Source: a virus
Taxonomy: Duplodnaviria > Caudoviricetes
Reading direction: 5' to 3' (one strand)
IMG/VR virus record: IMGVR_UViG_3300044878_000251
Coordinates: 1-39,405 of that record
Length of the DNA stretch: 39,405 bases
Positions 33,853 to 39,405 of this stretch are shown piece by piece; within the stretch, counting starts at the first letter, position 1, and each line of letters opens with the position of its first letter. The notes beneath the pieces are model-generated. The model saw nothing but the letters and a program-made list of their open reading frames with translations. It ran no database searches and was not told where the DNA came from. A program made the translations under genes and the position numbers.

Positions 33853-35898
33853 TTAGCCCACGTGTTGAAACACTTCTTGCATCGCTACGAAGTCCGGATG
33901 GGCGGGATATATTTCCAACCATCTGGCTTCGTCAGCGGTCAATTCTTCGCCGGCTTTAACACGCTCATCGAGCTTCACCCACAGCCGATAACGAGAAACG
34001 TCGTCGCCAGGAATGTGAAACTTCGGTGTTTCCATCTCCAGAGCAGCCGCGTACTCCTGGGCAGATATCAATTGTTCATAAGTAAGCGTTGCGGATGGCG
34101 CTGTGCTCGGCGCGATCATCTCCACTCGGTGCCCTGTCAGCGTCTCGAGCTTGTCCATGGATCGTTTTACTTGTCCTTGTGCCCGCTTCTGGCGCCCAAG
34201 TTCCAGCATGCTCATCGGCATGTAATCGGTAGAGTTACCGTCTAGAACCGCTTCTCCGATTAGCTCTCCGTCTAACGTGTAAGTCCAAACACGCCCAGCA
34301 TCTCTAACGTCGTAGGCCAACCGTATTTCTTGTCCGTGCAAGCCGCGCAGTTCGTTAAGAAAATAGGTATTCCCAAGCCAGGAAATTTCACCTCGGCGAG
34401 TCTGGCGAACGACTTGCGGGCGCATGAGTGATTCAACTAGCTCAACAGGCGCAGCAATCGGTTCCCACCCTTCGGCGCAAGCTGCATCCCAGGCTTCATC
34501 TGGACTTGGATGTCTTAATGAACCTGTCTCAGAATCTCGAACTTTTTCAAGGCCCCGGTGCGGCGTGCGGTTGTAAGAGTTGATTTCATCCTCGACGCCC
34601 GCCATGAACTCAGCGAATGAAGGGAGCAATCTAGTAGAGCCGGTTTTCTTCAGTTCTCTACGACCGATCCGATGCACCTTCGTACCGGCATGCTTATCCA
34701 TGTCCGCGCCGATGTAGCTGATCAACTTCTTTGCCGCACGTACCCAGATCGTTTGATGACCGCGCTCCGACAACCCTCGCGCCTGGCTGTTATAAGGCAG
34801 CGAATGGGTCATCGTTCCGCCTAGACGATCAACAACTTCGCGTACCGTTTCGTTGTCAAAGCCTGATCCGTTATCGACGTAGAAAATCGCGAACATGCAT
34901 TTGCTCACCGCATCACGGAGAGCGTCCAATACGCCTATAGCTGATTCCGCCTCGCCAACAGATATCCCAACAACGCGACGGGTCGCCACGTCGAGAACCG
35001 TTGTAATTTCAGGCCGATAGGGTTTGCCGGTGAGTGGATTAAGTACCTCAGCGTCGAACTTATGGCCGTCAGCGGTATAAACATCCCCAGGAAACAAATT
35101 CTTGGTAGATCTGCGACGAAACGGCTGCAGTGCCTTCAATTCCTGCGGACTCATCCGGCCTACGTTGAGAGCCTCTGGCGTGAGTTTTTTTAAGAACCGC
35201 TGCACAGCATGAATGCTTGGAGGTGTTTCGCCTTGGTAGCGAGCCAGGAACTCTCCGTAACTTGCAGCTACGCTTGGCTTCGTTGGTCTCTGATAGCACC
35301 GAAGGAACATTGGCAGCCATTCAGGAACGTCGGTACTCGGCTTCTGACGGAGAGGCGCTAAGCCGCTCTCACCTTGGGCACGATAGGCAGACAACCACCG
35401 CTTCAATGTCCGCTCAGACAATGCTCGGCTTCCGGTTTTTCTGTCGTTCGCAAGGTCTACGCGCTCCATAAGGTACGGGCTCAGCGCATTGTCTTGAGCC
35501 TGTTTGACCAGAACGTCGATAGCGTTTTTCTGAGTAGTTACCGCCCCAACACGTTCGATCTCCCGAATAAAAGACAGACGTGCAAGCATCACATTTCGCT
35601 GTTTATTGTTCAGGCGTGACGAAGATTTGGCGTCACGCTCAATCAATTCCGAATCGGAATGAACCAGCAGAAGATCAGTCGTTGGTTCAGAGCTACCGAC
35701 TTCGCGAGCAAGCAAAACCTTTTGAGTTTCGATAGGTAGAGAGCCAAGCGAGTATTCAACCGCTTTGGTTCCTGCTCGCTTGCGCCACTCCCAACTATCC
35801 TTTCCCCGGATCTGAATTGCCCGGTCACTTCCCGGCATACCGGGGAGCCCAGCCAACTCCTTAGCTGTGAACCATCCAAGTGACTTGGTCATGCTCAA
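33853..35898 (-). CDS. Mu-like DDE transposase A
   Basis: N-terminal WFTAKELAGLPGMP Mu HTH; catalytic YTADGH, YVDNGSGF, GLSER; YNRTPH; C-terminal YDVRD. Confidence 0.95.
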   Translation of the reverse strand: MSMTKSLGWFTAKELAGLPGMPGSDRAIQIRGKDSWEWRKRAGTKAVEYSLGSLPIETQKVLLAREVGSSEPTTDLLLVHSDSELIERDAKSSSRLNNKQRNVMLARLSFIREIERVGAVTTQKNAIDVLVKQAQDNALSPYLMERVDLANDRKTGSRALSERTLKRWLSAYRAQGESGLAPLRQKPSTDVPEWLPMFLRCYQRPTKPSVAASYGEFLARYQGETPPSIHAVQRFLKKLTPEALNVGRMSPQELKALQPFRRRSTKNLFPGDVYTADGHKFDAEVLNPLTGKPYRPEITTVLDVATRRVVGISVGEAESAIGVLDALRDAVSKCMFAIFYVDNGSGFDNETVREVVDRLGGTMTHSLPYNSQARGLSERGHQTIWVRAAKKLISYIGADMDKHAGTKVHRIGRRELKKTGSTRLLPSFAEFMAGVEDEINSYNRTPHRGLEKVRDSETGSLRHPSPDEAWDAACAEGWEPIAAPVELVESLMRPQVVRQTRRGEISWLGNTYFLNELRGLHGQEIRLAYDVRDAGRVWTYTLDGELIGEAVLDGNSTDYMPMSMLELGRQKRAQGQVKRSMDKLETLTGHRVEMIAPSTAPSATLTYEQLISAQEYAAALEMETPKFHIPGDDVSRYRLWVKLDERVKAGEELTADEARWLEIYPAHPDFVAMQEVFQHVG

Positions 35899-36233
35899 GC
35901 CTTCCCTGTGCGATGGTGTGTTTTAGGCGATAAACCGTTAGACTTCTGCGCGATTTCCGAAGATTTTTCAGCCCGACCTGGTCGCTGACGAAACGGTTCT
36001 CCGCTTTGATCCCAACGCTCTGGCCAGATCTGAAAAGGAGTAAGGCCTAGGGCTTTGGCGATAGCTCGCTCCATGCGGGGATAGGCAACGCGCTTTACGT
36101 TGTTAAGCGCATTACGTTCAACTTCGAGCTGGCGAGCCAGTTGAGCCAGCGAAGTGCCTTTTGCCCGCAGCTGGAACTTGATCCATTCCCAGCGCAGTTC
36201 GGCTTCCTTCGGAATTTCGTTATCTATTTTCAT
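35895..36233 (-). CDS. ner: Ner-like transcriptional regulator
   Basis: WIKFQLRAKGTSLAQLA...YPRMERAIAKALGLTPFQIWPERW; start ATG 36233. Confidence 0.9.
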   Translation of the reverse strand: MKIDNEIPKEAELRWEWIKFQLRAKGTSLAQLARQLEVERNALNNVKRVAYPRMERAIAKALGLTPFQIWPERWDQSGEPFRQRPGRAEKSSEIAQKSNGLSPKTHHRTGKA

Positions 36234-36240
36234 TTTTTGG

Positions 36241-36473
36241 TTCCGTTTTCCACTATTAAGAGTGGTTTTTTTAGGGTCGCTAACGTTCCCTTGGTAATAA
36301 TCTAGTCGTTTTCCGAAGATGCGACAACCGAAAACTGAAGATTTCGTTTGTGCTTTTCGCTGTGTTTGGCACAAAACAAAGACAAGTACTTGTTTTCATT
36401 AGGTTTTTTAGGAATTCGAAATGCTAAAAAAGAACGAGCGCGTATTTCGTTTTCCGCAGATGGGAAAGCGAAA
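36241..36473. promoter_or_regulatory. Lysis/lysogeny switch: early promoter, operator repeats, IHF-like site
   Basis: Minus-strand TTGTCG-17-TAGATT (36327-36299); CGTTTTCC at 36244, 36307, 36448 and inverted GGAAAGCG at 36463; AAACAAGTACTTG (minus 36383-36395) is one mismatch from WATCAANNNNTTR. Confidence 0.68.
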
Positions 36474-37132
36474 TGCCTGAGAACCTTGCTGAAAGAATTA
36501 GGGAGTGCGCTTCCATAGTCGGAAACGGCGATGAGCTGTCTCGAAAAGCGTCAATTCCAAGAAGCACGCTTGAGTCTTATATGACGGGAGACAGTGAACC
36601 CAAGGCTTCCAGGCTTGTGGCTATCGCCAAAACTGCGGGCGTGGATGTCGGATGGCTTGTGAGCGGTGAAGGGACTAAACACCCTGGTGCAGCTCTAGAG
36701 AGCGCGCATGAGGATCTGTACGACTACGTCCCACTTTATGACGCCCATATCAGCCAGGGTCACGGAGCCTGGAACGAAGGGGCGCGAATCTTGACCATGC
36801 TTTCCTTTACCAAGTACAGCCTGCGTAAAAAAGGATTGCTCACGGAGCATCTGGCGGCTGTACGCGTTGCAGGTGACTCTAATGAGCCTGTGCTAAGCGA
36901 CGGAGACACCGTAATGGTCGATCTGCGTCGCAACCAGTTTCAGGGTGAAGGGTTTTACGTAATTCGCTTAGATGACCTGTTGTATGCCAAGCGACTTCAG
37001 CGTCAACTTGATGGAGGCGTGATGGTGATTAGCGCGAACGCCGCCTATCAGCCATTGGTTGTCCCTCGTGCTAGCCTCGACACATTGCATGTCGTAGGCC
37101 GGATCGTTTGGTCAGGCGGCTGGATGATTTAG
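36473..37132 (+). CDS. Prophage repressor, XRE HTH plus S24 peptidase-like domain
   Basis: HTH ELSRKASIPRSTLESY..GDSEPK...WLVSGEG; VAGDSNEP and LYAKRLQ; VVGRIVW. Confidence 0.92.
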   Translation: MPENLAERIRECASIVGNGDELSRKASIPRSTLESYMTGDSEPKASRLVAIAKTAGVDVGWLVSGEGTKHPGAALESAHEDLYDYVPLYDAHISQGHGAWNEGARILTMLSFTKYSLRKKGLLTEHLAAVRVAGDSNEPVLSDGDTVMVDLRRNQFQGEGFYVIRLDDLLYAKRLQRQLDGGVMVISANAAYQPLVVPRASLDTLHVVGRIVWSGGWMI

Positions 37133-37138
37133 AGCAAA

Positions 37139-37320
37139 TGCCAAAGAGCCCGCTAAATGCGGGCTCTTTGGTGAATCATCATCTGTTTTTCGTTTGCTCT
37201 CGATTTGGCACTACTTTCGCACCTCTCTCCGCTCAAGCCCCCGTCCTTCCTGATTCCCCCTCATTCTTCCTGCTTCTTCCCACCAGTTTCTCTTGGTGCC
37301 ATATCAATCGTTAACTCACA
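37139..37320 (-). promoter_or_regulatory. Prophage end (Mu attL-equivalent) with three putative transposase-binding sites
   Basis: TGCCAAA (37139), ATTTGGCAC (37203), GTGCCATAT (37296-37304, 16 bp from terminal CA). Confidence 0.65.
37141..37171 (+). terminator. Hairpin terminator after repressor
   Basis: CCAAAGAGCCCGC-TAAAT-GCGGGCTCTTTGG. Confidence 0.7.
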
Positions 37321-37354
37321 GGAAGGCTTTCACCGGCAAGCCTGGCTCCTACAG
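37321..37354. repeat. Target duplication GGAAG and right arm of the interrupted REP element
   Basis: TTCACCGGCAAGCCTGGCTCCTACA is a reverse-complement TGTAGGAGC..GCTTGCCGG.GAA Pseudomonas GTAG-type REP. Confidence 0.8.
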
Positions 37355-37509
37355 GTTGTTACACGCACGGAACGTGTTTGATAGAAGGAGTTAAAGCTTC
37401 AGCAAGCCAGGCACCTACATGCCCTCGCTTTTACGAAAGATCAGAAAAGCCCTAGGCAACTGACAACAATGACTCTCATGCCCGATATGCTTGCACTTGT
37501 TTTTTTACA

Positions 37510-38460
37510 TTAGAGCTTTCGAAAAAGCCGCATATACCCTCTGCTATCACCAGTTGTGCCAGAAAGCTTCATTGAATCATACAATTCTGACAGGGGGACC
37601 CACGGATTATCCCCATACTTATAATTTGCATGTTCAACAAGATGAAGATGAAAATGGCCATGCTCATCCACTCTCATTTTATCAACATATGTAAAATGCC
37701 CAGTGTTTTTACTGGTAAAATGCGGAGCATACTGATCTAAAGGCTGTTCGACCTTCCCCAACTGATACAACTGCGCCCCACCAAAATTTACGATAAACCT
37801 GCTCCCATCCAACTGACTTAACTGCTTTGCAAAAGCCTCGAGAGACATATCAGGAACTAAAAAGCATTCTGCACTCCATGAGATACCACAACTATTGAGC
37901 AAGCGATTAGCAATGTCTGTTAATTGTTGTAGGCTGAAACCGTCGGTGAACACATGCGTTCTTTCTTCACAGGTCAAAAAACCAATGGCAAAATCCAACC
38001 TATCGACAACAGTTGCTTGCGCTGGAAAGTTTGGCGTCAATAAATCATGTGTTGCGGATAGAAAAGAGGTGAGATGACAGGTCCTGGGTGTTGGTTGTGT
38101 GTAGCTCTGTGCTGTGACTGAGTTCCCGCTTGATAGATCCACTTCATCCGCTGAAGGTTCTTTCGCGAACTGTATAGCCTTTTCATTTCCAAGAAGAAAA
38201 AGCGCTCTGCGTATTTCATTAAACTTGTCTGGCTGAGTTCTCCAAAGCGTCCCATCGCCGCTATTTTTTGCGGATGAAAAGCTTGAGTTTTCAATAGCCA
38301 TATTTGGTAAAGACTTTGACTTTGACAACAATGTAAAATCTATATTTGAATTCGAAGCCGATACGAGCTTTCCAGAAATAACACCAGACACTTCGAGAGA
38401 TGGGAGACTTGACAAGTCAATAGTAGGAAGCTTAGCCGTGGAATTTAAAGTTATGGGCAT
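37510..38460 (-). CDS. Phytochelatin-synthase-like (papain-fold) protein with Ser-rich N-terminal extension
   Basis: Q-x5-C (QPTPRTC), GFSLQQL, FIVNF, GHF, LVEHANYKY..PWV..SELYDSM...SRGY match PCS blocks; ATG 38460 with GGAG RBS; AT-rich. Confidence 0.7.
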   Translation of the reverse strand: MPITLNSTAKLPTIDLSSLPSLEVSGVISGKLVSASNSNIDFTLLSKSKSLPNMAIENSSFSSAKNSGDGTLWRTQPDKFNEIRRALFLLGNEKAIQFAKEPSADEVDLSSGNSVTAQSYTQPTPRTCHLTSFLSATHDLLTPNFPAQATVVDRLDFAIGFLTCEERTHVFTDGFSLQQLTDIANRLLNSCGISWSAECFLVPDMSLEAFAKQLSQLDGSRFIVNFGGAQLYQLGKVEQPLDQYAPHFTSKNTGHFTYVDKMRVDEHGHFHLHLVEHANYKYGDNPWVPLSELYDSMKLSGTTGDSRGYMRLFRKL

Positions 38461-38887
38461 TATCTCTCCTGACGCAGGGTTTGTTTTGTGTTTCCATCCA
38501 GACATGGACGTTGACCGCCCCTAGCCGATACATAGTTTATCCTACGAGTTTTTTAAGTTTTCGGATTATTTCAAAGCATCGCTAATGACTCAATAAGTTT
38601 ATTCATGCAGCGCAAGAAGTTAGCGCACCCTAGATCGTCAAGCTCCTGAAAGAGAAATACAATTTATTTCCACGACTGAAAAAACCCAAGTATACGTAAC
38701 AATCTGTAGTGATATGTGGCTAGCTTTGATATGTCTGTTGAGTGGAATGCGCTGCAACAGCCATAAGTTCAGCCATCAGATGTATTTATTGGATTTTTTG
38801 AAAGGCAGGACTGCCGAGGATTGCGCTGTTACATCTTCGAACAACTGGCGACAGGAGGCAGGTCCCAAATTTACCGAACGCCGCAAA

Positions 38888-38999
38888 CCCCTGTGGGAGC
38901 GAGCTTGCTCCGGGCGGCGATCCGACGATAGCGATGGACCAGTCAACAGTGATGTTGGACCTGATTCCGCCATCGCGAGTAAGCTCGCTCCCACAGGGG
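38888..38999. repeat. REP doublet (REPIN-like)
   Basis: CCCCTGTGGGAGCGAGCTTGCTC ... GAGTAAGCTCGCTCCCACAGGGG inverted repeat. Confidence 0.88.
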
Positions 39000-39019
39000 A
39001 AAGTGGTTATCTGGAGGTG

Positions 39020-39405
39020 TTATGCAGTCGGCAGGCTTGGCGCCAACACCGCCTGACGCTTGCGATGAACCAGGAAGTACGCGCCATAGCACAGCGCAAT
39101 GAATCCAAAGCCCCAATACAGTGACGGACGCTGGGTTTCATCCAGGGCGAGGAACACGAAGAGCGAGCAGCACAGCGTGATGCACATCAGTGGCAATACC
39201 GGGAACCACGGTGCGCGGTACTTCAGGTCGCTGAGTTTGCCGCCGTCACGCAAGTACGCCTTGCGGAACTTGTACTGCGCCAGTGCAATGACAATCCAGG
39301 TCACGGTGCCGGACATGCCGCTCACGGCCATCAACACCATGAACAAGGTATCGGCGGCGACGAAGCTGGTCATCAGCGACACCAGCGCAAAGCACAAGGT
39401 GATGC
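39020..39405 (-). CDS. APC-family amino acid permease, C-terminal part (start outside window)
   Basis: LMAVSGMSGTVTWIVIALAQYKFRK...LKYRAPWFPVLP; multiple TM helices. Confidence 0.9.
   Translation of the reverse strand, partial: ITLCFALVSLMTSFVAADTLFMVLMAVSGMSGTVTWIVIALAQYKFRKAYLRDGGKLSDLKYRAPWFPVLPLMCITLCCSLFVFLALDETQRPSLYWGFGFIALCYGAYFLVHRKRQAVLAPSLPTA

Larger units (their letters stand above)
1193..37320 (-). mobile_element. Complete Mu-like (transposable) prophage, contractile tail, 36,128 bp
   Basis: Starts TG (1193), ends CA (37320), flanked by direct repeat GGAAG (1188-1192 and 37321-37325); full Mu-type gene order with DDE transposase, MuB, Ner, GemA, Mor, head and tail genes. Confidence 0.96.

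Noticed and set aside
1036-37363. TGTAACAA (1036) and TTGTTACA (37356-37363) as alternative inverted prophage ends
   Set aside because: Flanks TGGGC and CGCAC are not a duplication; the 1193/37320 pair has a perfect 5-bp TSD, symmetric binding sites and restores the REP
38461-38880. Possible hrp box or small ORFs upstream of the PCS-like gene
   Set aside because: No GGAACC-N15/16-CCAC match seen; ORFs 38714-39124 and 38776-38994 run through the REP doublet

Overview
Pseudomonas (fluorescens-group-like REP elements and codon style) chromosomal window dominated by an apparently complete 36,128-bp Mu-like transposable prophage with a contractile tail. It spans 1193-37320, has TG...CA ends and a 5-bp GGAAG target duplication, and sits in the loop of a REP hairpin. 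Almost all phage genes run on the minus strand in Mu order: repressor (plus strand, divergent), ner, transposase A, B ATPase, early genes, gemA, mor, lysis, terminase, portal, MuF, G, protease I/scaffold, capsid T, tail, baseplate, and receptor-binding genes (SGNH tailspike, lectin-like protein, short fibre). There is no recognisable gin or mom. Host flanks are acyl-CoA dehydrogenase and enoyl-CoA hydratase on the left, and an AT-rich phytochelatin-synthase-like gene, a REP doublet and an amino-acid permease on the right. The most notable non-obvious element is a promoter- and terminator-bounded structured ~83-nt RNA with a perfect kissing-loop complementarity, placed exactly where the immunity gene of the MuF-PBECR2 nuclease toxin would be (candidate RNA antitoxin system). 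Other notable elements are a type II hammerhead ribozyme in the early operon, three cargo genes with their own promoters inside the head module, a conserved late-promoter motif in three copies, an embedded Rz1-like o-spanin, a -1 frameshift tail chaperone, and recurrent C-terminal [T/G][ILV]H ends on early proteins. All family assignments are from motif recognition and synteny, not database searches.
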